In this document: positions 23,401 through 37,917 of the stretch, in pieces
Numbering within the stretch: the stretch's first letter is position 1
Layout of the letters: every line of letters begins with the position of its first letter
From: an uncultured Acidobacteriota bacterium
GTDB lineage: Bacteria > Acidobacteriota > Terriglobia > UBA7540
Length of the DNA stretch: 64,000 nucleotides
Reading direction: 5' to 3'
NCBI GenBank assembly: GCA_963804995.1
Contig: CAWDSK010000005.1
Span: 64,001-128,000, forward strand
Made by a program: the position numbers and the translations under genes
Notes under the pieces: generated by a model
The model's input: only the letters and a program-made list of their open reading frames with translations
Told to the model about the DNA's origin: nothing
Databases searched by the model: none

Positions 23401-25095
23401 GGTTACAACTTTGAAGACGCCATCCTGGTCAGCGAAAAGCTGGTGAAAGAGGATTCCTATACCTCCATCCACATCGAGGAATTCGAAATCGAATCCCGCG
23501 ACACCAAGCTCGGACCCGAGGAAATCACGCGCGACATTCCGAATGTATCGGAGTCTTTGCTGAAAGACCTGGATGAGAGCGGCGTCATCCGCATCGGCGC
23601 TTACGTGAAGCCGGGCGACATCCTGGTGGGGAAGGTTACGCCCAAGGGTGAGACGCAGCTGACGCCGGAAGAGAAACTCTTGCGCGCGATCTTCGGCGAA
23701 AAGGCCGGCGATGTCCGGGACGCGTCACTCACGTGCCCTCCGGGAATTGAAGGCATTGTGGTGGACGTAAAAATCTTCTCCCGCAAGGGCACGGAAAAGG
23801 ACGAACGAGCCAAGTCTATTGAGGGCTCGCAGGTGGGTCGCCTGGAGAAAAACCTCAACGATGAAATCCGCATTCTTCAGGACGAACGCTTGAAGCGCCT
23901 CTGCGCGTTGCTGGAAGATGAGGAACTTCAGGCCGACCTGCACGATGAGAAGACTAACAAACGCCTGGTCGCCAAGGGCACCAAGCTTACGCGCGATGTG
24001 CTGGCGCGGATCTCAACGCGCAATCTGAAGCGCATGAGAATTGGCAAGAAGGACCCGACTCTCGTCGAAAAAATCGATGAGATCGAAGAGATGACTTCGC
24101 GCCAGATCGACATCCTGCGCAAAATCACCGATGAGAAGATCCAGAAGCTGAAGAAAGGCGATGAGCTTCCGCCCGGAGTCATCAAGCTGGTCAAAGTCTA
24201 TATCGCCATGAAGAGGAAGCTTTCCGTAGGCGATAAGATGGCCGGCCGGCATGGAAACAAGGGCGTCATCGCGCGCATCCTGCCGGAAGAAGATATGCCT
24301 TATATGCCGGATGGAACCCCCGTGGAGGTTGTGCTGAATCCCCTGGGCGTCCCTTCGCGTATGAACGTGGGGCAAATTCTGGAAACCCACCTGGGATGGG
24401 CGGCGCGGGAACTGGGGAATAAGATTCGCCAGCTCTTTACGGTGGAAGCCCGTGCGGAAATCCTGCGCAAGGAGATGAAAGGTTACTTCCGTAACAACGC
24501 CATGGCGGCGACCGTGGAGAATATGGACGACGAGCAGGTCATCGACTACGCACACGCCATGGTGGAGGGGATTCCCTTTTCCACCCCAGTGTTCGACGGC
24601 GCGACGGAACGGGAAATCAAGGAATACCTGGAAAAGGCGGGTCTGCCTTTGTCCGGCAAGATCAATCTTTTCGACGGCATGACGGGCGAGGGGTTCGAGC
24701 AGCCGGTGACGGTGGGGTACATCTACATGCTCAAGCTCTCCCACCTGGTGGACGATAAGATCCACGCTCGGTCGATTGGCCCCTACTCTCTCATTACCCA
24801 ACAACCTCTCGGAGGAAAGGCCCAATTCGGAGGGCAACGGTTCGGCGAAATGGAAGTGTGGGCCCTGGAAGCTTACGGTGCGGCCTACATCCTGCAAGAA
24901 TTGCTGACGGCGAAATCCGACGACGTTTACGGCCGCGCCAAGATTTACGAAGCCATCGTCAAAGGCGAGGCCGCCATTGAACCCGGCGTGCCTGAGTCGT
25001 TCAACGTGCTGGTGCGGGAGCTGCAAAGCCTCTGCCTCGACGTGGAACTGATCAAGAAGCCCAAGGAGCAACTCGCCCCTGTGGGCGCTGAGTAG
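20437..25095 (+). CDS. rpoB: RNA polymerase beta subunit with lineage-specific insertions
   Basis: [34 protein letters not shown]. Confidence 0.99.
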   Translation: MPNGGNGAVRQRINFSKIPTVIKIPNLIEVQRRSYERFLQMNLLPSEREDVGLQAVFNSVFPITDFRGIAQLDFVDYSIGNWECKCGSLKGLHHLRSTCKNCGHTVITDPFKVGDVLCTKCGTFNKNVVTFCNKCGDPVALQLKYDVTECQERGMTFAAPLKVTIRLTLYDKDADTGHKNIRDIKEQEVYFGEIPLMTENGTFIINGTERVIVSQLHRSPGVFFESSAQKTYFLGKIIPYRGSWVEFEYDTKNLLYVRIDRKRKFLATIFLRALGLKNDSEILKTFYQVEKISLKDRKLFMEPSEGLVGNRISKDINHPRTHETLAHAGKKITAAVFKEIQKAKVAQVEVASHDLEGAFAATDIVDPSTGEVLLESNSEITSTALNSILDSQITELQVFFPERDDTGVTIGQTLKRDTLKTSQEALIEMYRKMRPGDPPTLDTATSLFNGMFFDPRKYDFSRVGRLKFNIKLGYYTKLKNRLDDKATEFELEESRNFPRANFYVIVDEEKMFVGKREGNICSEVVRACEGTLATDHSEHSPVQLPLNKRTLEPEDFYAAIRYLLVLRKNPGGIYSVDDIDHLGNRRVRAVGELLENQFRLGLVRMERAIKEKMSVYQEMSTAMPHDLINAKPVMAAIREFFGSSQLSQFMDQTNPLSEITHKRRLSALGPGGLSRERAGFEVRDVHPTHYGRICPIETPEGPNIGLISSLSCYARINEYGFIESPYRKVRGGRVVDYVTVTHGGDGEWKVGEHLESSQVEKANDELREKKRKLVEHEPYSFYQSAWEEDQYVIAQANVTIDNKGRIVHELVNARQAGNFVLKRRDEIDYINVSPKQLVSVAASLIPFLENDDANRALMGSNMQRQSVPLLRAQAPLVGTGMEEVTARDSGAVVLCKRNGVVDSVDSERIIVRVEGDGHSGQLSREVGADIYQLIKFRRSNQNTCINQKPIVHKGQRVHAGQVLADGPCTDRGELALGRNVLVAFMPWRGYNFEDAILVSEKLVKEDSYTSIHIEEFEIESRDTKLGPEEITRDIPNVSESLLKDLDESGVIRIGAYVKPGDILVGKVTPKGETQLTPEEKLLRAIFGEKAGDVRDASLTCPPGIEGIVVDVKIFSRKGTEKDERAKSIEGSQVGRLEKNLNDEIRILQDERLKRLCALLEDEELQADLHDEKTNKRLVAKGTKLTRDVLARISTRNLKRMRIGKKDPTLVEKIDEIEEMTSRQIDILRKITDEKIQKLKKGDELPPGVIKLVKVYIAMKRKLSVGDKMAGRHGNKGVIARILPEEDMPYMPDGTPVEVVLNPLGVPSRMNVGQILETHLGWAARELGNKIRQLFTVEARAEILRKEMKGYFRNNAMAATVENMDDEQVIDYAHAMVEGIPFSTPVFDGATEREIKEYLEKAGLPLSGKINLFDGMTGEGFEQPVTVGYIYMLKLSHLVDDKIHARSIGPYSLITQQPLGGKAQFGGQRFGEMEVWALEAYGAAYILQELLTAKSDDVYGRAKIYEAIVKGEAAIEPGVPESFNVLVRELQSLCLDVELIKKPKEQLAPVGAE

Positions 25096-25196
25096 CAAGT
25101 GAGATGACGCGAGGCTGGAGTCCTGCCGCTCCAAACGCAGGCCGCCCGCGAGTATGAATTACAAAATTTTCTTCTCTCCTTCAAAGGAGGAAAACC

Positions 25197-29384
<4,188 letters not shown>

Positions 29385-29392
29385 GAGTTATC

Positions 29393-29456
29393 AACGGCCA
29401 GTTGTCTGCCCTTGGTGGAAGAACCGGAGGGCTGGCGGCTGGCCGTTTTTCTTTTC
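29393..29456 (+). terminator. Probable intrinsic terminator after rpoC
   Basis: AACGGCCAGT...GCTGGCCGTT stem followed by a T-rich tract. Confidence 0.55.
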
Positions 29457-29500
29457 GGGGCGATTCGGAAACTTTGGTGCCGTTAACAGGCGACTGATTC

Positions 29501-29803
29501 GTGATGATTTTTGCCTGCTGCAAATGCGGTAAGAGGATTGAGTACCCCGCCGGGAACCGCGTGCTTCGCGGCGACACCTGCCCCCAGTGCGACTCCAACC
29601 TGCGCTGCTGCCTTAATTGCCAGTTTTACGACCCCGGCAAACATAACCAGTGTGCGGAGACCCATGCAGAGTGGGTCCGCGATAAAGAATTCGCAAATTA
29701 TTGCGACTACTTCCAACCTAATCCTGTCCTGATGGCGCGCGCCGGCAGTCCCCCCCGCGCCGGCGACGCCAAGAAGAATTTCGATTCACTGCTCAAAGTT
29801 TAG
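29501..29803 (+). CDS. Small Cys-rich zinc-binding hypothetical protein
   Basis: CCKC, CPQC, CLNCQFYD, NQCAE, ANYCDYF, KKNFDSL. Confidence 0.8.
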   Translation: MMIFACCKCGKRIEYPAGNRVLRGDTCPQCDSNLRCCLNCQFYDPGKHNQCAETHAEWVRDKEFANYCDYFQPNPVLMARAGSPPRAGDAKKNFDSLLKV

Positions 29804-29828
29804 TCTGCCGCGACGTTGCTATTTCAGT

Positions 29829-31295
29829 TCAGGCAAGTGTGAAGCCGCCCGCCTCTTCAAACGCATGGGCGACTCTAAGCAGGCGGGTTTCGTCAAAGTG
29901 CTTGGCGAGGATTTGCATACCTACGGGCAAGTGCGGTTCACTTGGGGTCCTACCGCAGGGAACCGAGATCCCGGGTATGCCGGCAAGGCTGGCGGTGACA
30001 GTGTAAATATCTGCCAGGTACATCTGGAGGGGATCGTCTACGCGTTCGCCGAGCTTGAAGGCGGGAATCGGCGATGTGGGTGTTACGATGACGTCAACCT
30101 CATCAAAGGCTTCGATGAAATCGCGTGTAATAAGAGTTCGCACTCGCTGGGCTTTCAGATAGTAAGCATCATAATACCCGGAACTCAATACGTAAGTTCC
30201 CAGCATGATTCGGCGTTTTACCTCTGTGCCAAAGCCCCCATCGCGGGTTTTCCGGTACATGTCCTGCAAATCTTCCGGGTGAGGGTAGCGGAATCCGTAG
30301 CGGACGCCGTCGTAGCGTGCCAGGTTGGAGCTGGCCTCGGCGGTGCAGATGATGTAGTAGCATCCGACGGCATAGTCCGTATGTGGCAAGCTGATGGGAA
30401 CGATGCTGCAACCGAGCTTGCTGAACAGATCGATCCCCTTCTGTATATTATCCCCGATATCCGGGTTCAGTCCCTTGAGGTACTCGGTGGGAACTCCTAC
30501 GCGGATTCCCCGGATATCACCCGTGAGCCCTTTATCGTAATCGTCCACTGGGACGGGCGCGGAAGTCGAGTCCAGGGGGTCGTGGCCGGCAATAGTTTGA
30601 AGCACCAGGGCCACGTCGCGCACAGAACGCCCGAAGGGTCCGATGTGGTCGAGTGAGGAGGCAAAGGCCACTAATCCGTAGCGCGAGACCCGGCCGTAGG
30701 TTCCCATCATCCCCACCAGGTCGCAGAATGAGGCTGGCTGCCGGATGGAGCCGCCGGTGTCTGAGCCCAGTGCCACAGTGGCCAGGCGGGCGGCGACGGC
30801 CGCGGCCGACCCACCGCTCGAACCCCCCGGCACGCGAGTCAAATCGTGGGGATTGTGGGTGGGATAAAAACCGGAGTTTTCCGTAGAGGACCCCATGGCA
30901 AATTCGTCGCAATTCGTTTTGCCTAAGATGACGGCCCCGGCGCGTTCTAGTCTTTCGACGGCGGTCGCGTCGTAGGGTGCTACGAAATTCTCCAGGATCC
31001 TCGAGGCGCAGGTGGTGCGGGTGCCTCGGGTAAGGATGACATCCTTGACTGCGACGGGGACGCCCGCGAGGGGCGAGAGCGTCTCGCCAGCGGCAATCTT
31101 CTCGTCCACAAGTTTCGCCTGCGCGAGGGCCCGGTCCGGGGTCAGGCTGAGGTAGGCGCGGACCTCGGTATCCTTCTCTTCGATGCGCGCGAGGTGAGCC
31201 TGGGCGATTTCGACAGCAGTCGTCCGCCGGTTCTTAAGAAGGTCCTGGATCTGGCTAACCGTCAGTGTGGTAAAATCCATCTTGGTATGACTCAA
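29829..31295 (-). CDS. gatA: Asp/Glu-tRNA amidotransferase subunit A (start may be 31280)
   Basis: [30 protein letters not shown]. Confidence 0.97.
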   Translation of the reverse strand: MSHTKMDFTTLTVSQIQDLLKNRRTTAVEIAQAHLARIEEKDTEVRAYLSLTPDRALAQAKLVDEKIAAGETLSPLAGVPVAVKDVILTRGTRTTCASRILENFVAPYDATAVERLERAGAVILGKTNCDEFAMGSSTENSGFYPTHNPHDLTRVPGGSSGGSAAAVAARLATVALGSDTGGSIRQPASFCDLVGMMGTYGRVSRYGLVAFASSLDHIGPFGRSVRDVALVLQTIAGHDPLDSTSAPVPVDDYDKGLTGDIRGIRVGVPTEYLKGLNPDIGDNIQKGIDLFSKLGCSIVPISLPHTDYAVGCYYIICTAEASSNLARYDGVRYGFRYPHPEDLQDMYRKTRDGGFGTEVKRRIMLGTYVLSSGYYDAYYLKAQRVRTLITRDFIEAFDEVDVIVTPTSPIPAFKLGERVDDPLQMYLADIYTVTASLAGIPGISVPCGRTPSEPHLPVGMQILAKHFDETRLLRVAHAFEEAGGFTLA

Positions 31296-31355
31296 TAAGG
31301 TTTAGCCCACTGCCCTAGCCTGCTAGCCCCAGGGGCTTCGTGAGCGGCGCCGAGA

Positions 31356-31661
31356 CTATTCCTCTCGTTCGATTACGCGTGGCACCTTAAAACTTCCCGC
31401 ACCCTGCTCCGGAGCGTTGGCCAGAGCTTCATCCTGTGCGAAGGTCCTACGCGCCGTATCCGCCCGGAAGGAAGGCTTCTGGGAAGCAGGATAGGTGACC
31501 TGGGCCATCGGTTCGATTTCGGACGTGTCGAGTTCGTTCAGCTTCTCGACGTACTGCAGGATCGAATCCAGTTGTGGCAGAAATCTCTTTACCTCTTCCT
31601 CCGTGAGCTCCAGGTGAGCGAGGTCGGCGACGTAGCGAACGTCTTTTTCGGTCAAAGCCAT
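31356..31661 (-). CDS. gatC: Asp/Glu-tRNA amidotransferase subunit C
   Basis: VADLAHLEL...ALANAP...FKVPRVIE. Confidence 0.96.
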   Translation of the reverse strand: MALTEKDVRYVADLAHLELTEEEVKRFLPQLDSILQYVEKLNELDTSEIEPMAQVTYPASQKPSFRADTARRTFAQDEALANAPEQGAGSFKVPRVIEREE

Positions 31662-31670
31662 GGCTTAAAC

Positions 31671-32117
31671 TCATCTCCGCGGGCGCGTGAAGTATTTGGC
31701 ATACGAACTCGAGACGATGCGGGCGATTTCGGGATCGGGTATCGAATTTGTATCCACATCCGCTTCTTTGGGGTTAGGAGTACGGGTTGCCGCTTGGCGC
31801 GCTGGTCTGGCTGGAGGGTACAGACTGAGTTGGGCAACTTTCTTGATTCGCAACTTCTTTACAAGCGGCTGGCCCAGGAAGCTGTTGACCGTCGCGCGAA
31901 TCTCCTCGGCCATCTGCCGGAGCTGTGAACTCCAGTTAGGGCAATCCGTGGTAAGGGTCAAGACGCCGGATTCAAAAACCGCGGGCTGAGAATGCTCCGC
32001 CATGGACCGGCCCACGATACGGGGCCAAAGGGGCGCCAGTATTTCAAGCAGGTGCGGTTCCGCGCGGCGGACCTGCTTTCTGAAAACAAACGGTATGATC
32101 TTACCGACTTCATCCAC
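31671..32117 (-). CDS. DUF721/DciA family protein
   Basis: WPRIVGRSMAEHSQP...GVLTL...WSSQL. Confidence 0.8.
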   Translation of the reverse strand: MDEVGKIIPFVFRKQVRRAEPHLLEILAPLWPRIVGRSMAEHSQPAVFESGVLTLTTDCPNWSSQLRQMAEEIRATVNSFLGQPLVKKLRIKKVAQLSLYPPARPARQAATRTPNPKEADVDTNSIPDPEIARIVSSSYAKYFTRPRR

Positions 32118-32345
32118 GCGCAGTGGTCCCCAGATTGGTTTTTGAACTGTAACGAATTACACAGTCTAGCATATTGCCCGGTGGCGGGGGAAACCGTTCA
32201 GAGGCAGGTTGCCAATCCTGAACACCATGGCGTCTCGCCCTGCGCCCAGCCATGGCAGAATCATGGGCGGTGTGCCGCCGAGGCTAAAACACCTTGACCC
32301 TGCGAGGGGTTTCGACAAGAATAAGCCTGCAGGACCGTATACACT

Positions 32346-33641
32346 ATGAGCCCACGGAAACAACCTCCTGGTGATCGAGGCCGCACACTCGAAGTTGAAT
32401 GGACAACGATCTCCTACCGCACGATTGCGTTATACGTTCTTTTGGCGTTGGTGCTGGTGGGAATTGTCATGTACCTGATTTCTCCCCAATATGTCACCCA
32501 GAAGGCGAAGCGGGTGCTCGAAACGATTGTGGGCGACGCGGGGCGGGTGGTGAACTCGGAGTCGGCCGCTGGCCACAAGGAGGCCCACTTTGTAAATCTG
32601 GATGGCACTGTGCGTGTCAAAAAGGCGCGCTCCTTGCAATGGATCCGGGCCGACTACAACACCAGCCTGGAAAAAGGCGATTTCGTGCAAACCGGCAGCG
32701 ACGGCGTGGCGCGCATCATTTTTGCCGATGGCACGAACTACATGCTGCGGGCAGATGCCCTTATTGTGGTTGAGGAGAGCCGCGAAGATCCCGTAACTCG
32801 CGCCACCAAGGTGGCGGTGCAGGTGACCTCTGGCGCGGTGGACCTTTCTACGGGCCGCTTTGAAACTCCGGGCTCGACCTCCCAGGTGGCCTTTGCGGAC
32901 GCGGTGGCGTCTCTGAACCAGGAAAGCCATGCGGTCGTGCATAACGATCCTGACAAGAACGTCCACGAAATCACCATGGACCAGGGCCAGGCGCAGGTGA
33001 CGCGCGGCTCAACCAGCGTCCAACTGGGCCAATACGAGCAAGTCTCCTTTGAGTCCCAAGAGGCGGGCCTGGTGCGAACCAAGGTCATTGCTCCTCCCAC
33101 CCTGTTGTCACCTCGCAACATGGAGTTGAAACTCGTCAGGGATCCCAAGTCCGCGGTTCTGGAATTTTCCTGGACGGAGGTGCCCGAAGCGAAGTCCTAC
33201 CACTTGCGGATTTCTCCCTCCGTGATGCTCACGAACTTTGCGGTGGACAAGAAATTCACCGGGCGCACGTCCACTGAGATTACCGGCCTGGAAGAAGGGA
33301 ATTACTATTGGGTTGTTTCTTCGATTAATGCTAAAGGAGCGGAAAGCGAGCCCAGCCAGGCCAACCGGCTGAACTTGGTGCAGGAACTTGCCGGCAACCA
33401 GGCTTATCTGGAAATTACCAAAATCATTCAGCACGGGAGAGTGGTGGAGGTGCAGGGAAAGACTGAGCCCGGCTCCACCGTCATCATCAACAACGAGCAA
33501 GTCTTTTCGATTTCGCCCGACGGAACGTTTCGGCACTTCACGTCGCCCATGACGAATACCGGCTCGAACCAGATCACCATCACCGCGCAAGATCACAAGG
33601 GCGACACCAATACGATCCGGAAGACTGTTGTGATCGAATGA
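32346..33641 (+). CDS. Membrane-anchored FecR-like plus FN3/Ig-like domain protein
   Basis: TM helix; LEKGDFVQTGSDGVARIIFADGT; LEEGNYYWVV; GKTEPGSTVIIN. Confidence 0.7.
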   Translation: MSPRKQPPGDRGRTLEVEWTTISYRTIALYVLLALVLVGIVMYLISPQYVTQKAKRVLETIVGDAGRVVNSESAAGHKEAHFVNLDGTVRVKKARSLQWIRADYNTSLEKGDFVQTGSDGVARIIFADGTNYMLRADALIVVEESREDPVTRATKVAVQVTSGAVDLSTGRFETPGSTSQVAFADAVASLNQESHAVVHNDPDKNVHEITMDQGQAQVTRGSTSVQLGQYEQVSFESQEAGLVRTKVIAPPTLLSPRNMELKLVRDPKSAVLEFSWTEVPEAKSYHLRISPSVMLTNFAVDKKFTGRTSTEITGLEEGNYYWVVSSINAKGAESEPSQANRLNLVQELAGNQAYLEITKIIQHGRVVEVQGKTEPGSTVIINNEQVFSISPDGTFRHFTSPMTNTGSNQITITAQDHKGDTNTIRKTVVIE

Positions 33642-33693
33642 GCCAGCCCCTCGCCCGTCATCCAGGCCCAGCAGAGCAGGAGTTCACAAGCGA

Positions 33694-34719
33694 ATGAACC
33701 TTCGTTCCTTATTCAGCCTTTTTTCTTCCGACCTCGCCATCGACCTGGGCACGGCCAACACCTTGGTGTACGCCAAGGGTAAAGGCATCGTCGTGAACGA
33801 ACCCTCGATTGTGGCCATCAACAAGGTCAATGGCGAAATTGAAGCCGTGGGCCGCGATGCCAAGGAAATGCTGGGCCGCACGCCCGGAAATATTGTGGCC
33901 ATCCGCCCCTTGAAAGACGGTGTCATTGCCGACTTCAAGGTGACCGAGAAAATGCTGGCCTATTTCATTCAAAAAGCCCACAACCGCAAGATGTTTGTCC
34001 ACCCGCGGATTGTCATCGGCGTCCCCTCGGAAATTACCCAGGTGGAAAAACGTGCCGTACAGGACTCCGCCATGCGTGCCCGCGCCAGCGACGTCTTCCT
34101 GGTGGAACAGGCGATGATGGCGGCCATCGGGGCGGGTCTGCCCATTACCGAGCCTTCCGGCAGCATGATTGTGGATATCGGCGGCGGCACCACCGACATC
34201 GCCGTTATCTCTCTGTCCGGGATCGTTTACAGCCGCTCCGTGCGGGTGGCCGGCAACGAAATGGACGAAGCCATCACTGCCTACCTCAAGCGCAAATACA
34301 ATCTGCTGGTGGGCGAGCGCACGACGGAGCAAATCAAAATAGAAATCGGCTCCGCCTACCCCCTGGAGAAACCCCTGACCATGGAAATCAAGGGGAGGCA
34401 TTTACTCGAAGGCATCCCCAAGACGCTCACCATCGACGATTCGGAAATTCGTGACGCCTTATCTGAGTGCGTGTCCACTATCCTCAACGCCATTCGTGTC
34501 GCCCTGGAGCGCACACCGCCGGAGCTCTCCGCCGACATCTCCGACCGGGGAATTGTCCTGACCGGCGGCGGCGGCCTGCTCAAGAACCTGGATAAACGCA
34601 TTCGGGAAGAGACGGGGTTGCCCGTCTCCATCGCCGAGGACCCTCTAGCATCGGTAGTATTAGGCACCGGCAGAATGTTGACGGATTTTGACCTTCTCCG
34701 CCGGGTTGCGATAGAATAG
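33694..34719 (+). CDS. mreB: Rod shape-determining protein MreB
   Basis: IDLGTANT, VDIGGGTT, LTGGG. Confidence 0.98.
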   Translation: MNLRSLFSLFSSDLAIDLGTANTLVYAKGKGIVVNEPSIVAINKVNGEIEAVGRDAKEMLGRTPGNIVAIRPLKDGVIADFKVTEKMLAYFIQKAHNRKMFVHPRIVIGVPSEITQVEKRAVQDSAMRARASDVFLVEQAMMAAIGAGLPITEPSGSMIVDIGGGTTDIAVISLSGIVYSRSVRVAGNEMDEAITAYLKRKYNLLVGERTTEQIKIEIGSAYPLEKPLTMEIKGRHLLEGIPKTLTIDDSEIRDALSECVSTILNAIRVALERTPPELSADISDRGIVLTGGGGLLKNLDKRIREETGLPVSIAEDPLASVVLGTGRMLTDFDLLRRVAIE

Positions 34720-34906
34720 GCAACGCTTCTAGTCGGTAGCAAAAGATAAAATTGCTAATCTTATTAAGCGGCCGAGCCGATAATTGGATTGAGGGTATAC
34801 GAAGGTGGCAGAATTACCGGGCGCACTCTTACTCAACTGGAAACGCCCGCACGGGTTTGAGTACCGCATAAACTTGGGTTTCGACAACGGACCCGGATGT
34901 TTTTTG

Positions 34907-35824
34907 ATGTTTGATCCGAACTCCCCCGATTTGACGCGTCCGGTTGAGACCTTGGACCATGAGGGCCCGGACGTGCCCGCCTTCGTCAGCCGGCGACGCT
35001 ATTTCTTTGCCCTCCTGGCCGTGGTGATGGCGCAAGTCCTGCTGCTCTCCGTGCAGATTACCCGCAACGATAATGTGCGTTTGATCCGTTATTGGGCCGT
35101 GGCGGCGTTCGACCCCTTTGAGCGTTCCCTCGGTGGCCTCATAGATCTCTCCTCCAGCGCCTACACAACTTACCGCCACCTCTGGCACGCCCAGCAGGAG
35201 AACGAGGAGCTGCACGTACAGTTGGTGGCGGCACAGGAGAATATCCAGAAGCTGGCCGAACAGGCGGGTGAGGCGCAGCGCTTGCGGAGTCTGCTGGAAT
35301 TCAGGAACCAACTGGCTTTTCAGACCGTGGCGGCAGAGGTCATTGCCTCCAGTCCGGGAGAGAATTCCAACGCCATTTTTATCGATAAGGGCACAGATTA
35401 CGGACTGACCAGCGACCTAGCCGTCATCACTCCGGAAGGTGTGGTGGGCAAAATCCTGGCTATCTTCCCGCATAGCGCCCAGGTGCTGCTGGCCACGGAC
35501 CCCTCGAGTGGCGTGGGCGTGACCCTGGCCCAAAGCCGCGTGCAGGGTATCCTCAAGGGTGGCAGTGATAATCTCTGCCACGTTCACTACGTGATGAATG
35601 AGGAGCCCGTGGCGCGGGGCGAAACGGTGGTGACCTCCGGGCTTGACCAGGTCTACCCCAAAGGCCTCCCTGTGGGCGCCGTCGTGCAAGTGGGGAATGG
35701 CAATATCTATAAAGAGATCGCCGTGAAGCCCGCCGTGGACCTGAGCCGCCTCAAGATGGTACTGGTGGTCCTCAAGCCGGCCGCCGGCCGGCAACAAGCC
35801 ACGAACCTGCCCACCAGACCGTAA
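34907..35824 (+). CDS. mreC: Rod shape-determining protein MreC
   Basis: TM, coiled coil, IDKG, TSGLDQVYPKGLPVG; start uncertain. Confidence 0.93.
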   Translation: MFDPNSPDLTRPVETLDHEGPDVPAFVSRRRYFFALLAVVMAQVLLLSVQITRNDNVRLIRYWAVAAFDPFERSLGGLIDLSSSAYTTYRHLWHAQQENEELHVQLVAAQENIQKLAEQAGEAQRLRSLLEFRNQLAFQTVAAEVIASSPGENSNAIFIDKGTDYGLTSDLAVITPEGVVGKILAIFPHSAQVLLATDPSSGVGVTLAQSRVQGILKGGSDNLCHVHYVMNEEPVARGETVVTSGLDQVYPKGLPVGAVVQVGNGNIYKEIAVKPAVDLSRLKMVLVVLKPAAGRQQATNLPTRP

Positions 35825-35884
35825 TCCTTCGAAAACCGGGACTTGTTCCCAATCCCAACCCAATTCTGTTAGTCTAGTGGCCCG

Positions 35885-36397
35885 ATGCCTGCTTCCACCA
35901 GCCGTACGGTCGCGGTTTATCGTGTCCATCCTGTCATCCTTGCGGGTGCGGCGCTGGCGGCACTCCTCCTGCAAACCTTTTTGCCGCTCAAAGTGCCTCT
36001 GGCTCGTCTGATGGATTTCCCCCTGCTTATCGTCATCTATTTTGCGTTGCTGCGGCGGGATAAGCTTTTTGGCATCTTCCTGGGCACAGGCTTGGGCCTG
36101 CTGCAAGACGCTCTCTCGCACGGCTACATTGGTGTATTCGGCATCCCCAAGGCCATCGTGGGGTACCTGGCAGCGTCGGCGAGCACGCGTTTTGAGTTGG
36201 AGTCATTGTTCGCGCGCACCGTGCTGACCGCGATCTTCGTGCTGGTCAACAACCTGTGCCTGGCGGTACTTCAACGCGCCCTGCTTGAGTCGCCACCACC
36301 TTTTCAGCCCGTTGCCATGGCAAGCTCTGTGCTGGTAAACGTCGCGCTGGGCCTCATACTTTTTCAGATTCTCGATCGTTTCCGCCGCCCGGCGTGA
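35885..36397 (+). CDS. mreD: Rod shape-determining protein MreD
   Basis: Hydrophobic, GLLQDAL; synteny. Confidence 0.92.
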   Translation: MPASTSRTVAVYRVHPVILAGAALAALLLQTFLPLKVPLARLMDFPLLIVIYFALLRRDKLFGIFLGTGLGLLQDALSHGYIGVFGIPKAIVGYLAASASTRFELESLFARTVLTAIFVLVNNLCLAVLQRALLESPPPFQPVAMASSVLVNVALGLILFQILDRFRRPA

Positions 36398-36512
36398 GGG
36401 GTAAACCAGCCCGCTCTGGCGGCCCCAACCAGTGGTGGGCTGTCGCAGCGCGGCGCGGCAGAGCCGCAAGCAACACGTCTCGTAGGGGCAGGCCTCGTGG
36501 CGTGCCCGTACA

Positions 36513-36682
36513 TCAGCACCACCCCGGCGCTCGGCCCCGATCATCAATTTGGAAAGAACGCGCTATCGGGGCTCGGCGCGCCACCCACCTCATCTGAGGA
36601 GGGGAGCATTAAAGCGGAACTTCCTTCCTGATTTAGGAGGGGTGGCGCCGAAGGCAACGGGGTGGTTACGCGAGCACCTGGA
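36513..36682. repeat. Composite palindromic repeat (CACCACCCCGGCGCTC...CCTCATCTGAGGAGGGG...TCCTGATTTAGGAGGGGTGGCG...GGGGTGGTT)
   Basis: Related copies at 46054-46294 and 59341-59507; partial copies at 1-26 and 60757-60804. Confidence 0.85.
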
Positions 36683-36795
36683 GGCGAGGGGTGGTTACAG
36701 CGGGCTGGCCGAACCCCCGCTGCTGAGGTCCGCGGTTCTTCGTTGTGACCCCATACCTGCCAAATGGCGGTCCGTATGCGCCGCCCGCGATCCCA

Positions 36796-37593
36796 TCATT
36801 CCACCTCCAACACTTCCTGCACCACGGGTTCGCCGTACTGTGCGCTGCCGGTGCGCACCACCAAGTTGTCAAGGATGCGGGCGAAGCCGGGGCTATGCGT
36901 GTGCCCACACAGCACCACCATGGTCTGCGCCGGGTGGGAACACAGGAGGGTGGCCAGGCGGTCTCCCACGGCGCGGCAAGCAAAGTGCGGCAGGTAAGCG
37001 TCGTTCGAAATCTCGCCTTCGTGCCAGCACGATTCGCGAAAGGGCGGCACATGCGTGAGAACGATTACGTTCCGGAACTGGGTAAGAGCTTCGCGTGCAC
37101 GATTCTCGATGAATTCGGCCGCCTCATCGCCCAAGGCATTCAGCTTGAGGTAGCGTTCCTGCTTCTCCAAGCCGCATAGTTCCCCGATGAGCAAATAATC
37201 GTTCAACATGACCTCGGACCGGAAGAAATCGCCTAGGCGCCCGTCCGCCCACGAATCGTGGCCGACCAACGCGGTATTGGCGGTCAGGGGGATCACCCCG
37301 TTGGCGGTAAGCCAATGTAGCCAGGGAGAGGCGAGGGCTTCACGTGCCACCCTCTCCCGGACTGCAGCGATGGTGCCATGATAAAAATCGTGATTCCCCA
37401 GCACAAAGTATATCGGGATGCGCAGCTCCTCCGCGATCTCCGCCAGGAAAGTCGTCACGGAATCAGCTTCGCCCACGTCTCCACCGAGCAGAAGGCCCTG
37501 GAGCCTTTCCCGGCGAACCCGCGCGTAGAATTCCGAACGTTTCAGCGGGGACACAAAATTCAAGTGGATATCGGTTAGCCAGCCCAGTCGCAC
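36796..37593 (-). CDS. Calcineurin-like metallophosphoesterase
   Basis: TDIH, GGDV, GNHD, THVPP, GHTH. Confidence 0.9.
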   Translation of the reverse strand: MRLGWLTDIHLNFVSPLKRSEFYARVRRERLQGLLLGGDVGEADSVTTFLAEIAEELRIPIYFVLGNHDFYHGTIAAVRERVAREALASPWLHWLTANGVIPLTANTALVGHDSWADGRLGDFFRSEVMLNDYLLIGELCGLEKQERYLKLNALGDEAAEFIENRAREALTQFRNVIVLTHVPPFRESCWHEGEISNDAYLPHFACRAVGDRLATLLCSHPAQTMVVLCGHTHSPGFARILDNLVVRTGSAQYGEPVVQEVLEVE

Positions 37594-37917
37594 GTCAAAA
37601 GTATACAGCAAAACTTTCTGGATTCCCGCCCCTCGTCCGGCTGGCGCAGGCGGGTGAGGAGTCTCCGCGCAGCCGGTGCATATGGACCGAGGGTTGTGAT
37701 CGCAAACATGCCAAAATGCGGCACGTATGGGCCACCCGCGTGATTAGCCATTAAAAGCCGCGGAATCACAACGACAGGTCCGCGGTGCACTGGCTAGGAC
37801 AGCCTATCCACAGTTCTTTTACCAGAGACATCCTGTGTTCCCATAGCGTGCTAGAATTCCACTCTGCTCTGGCTCCGGTCACTAGCTAGCGAGGTCATTT
37901 TCAAGGAGGAGTTTTCC

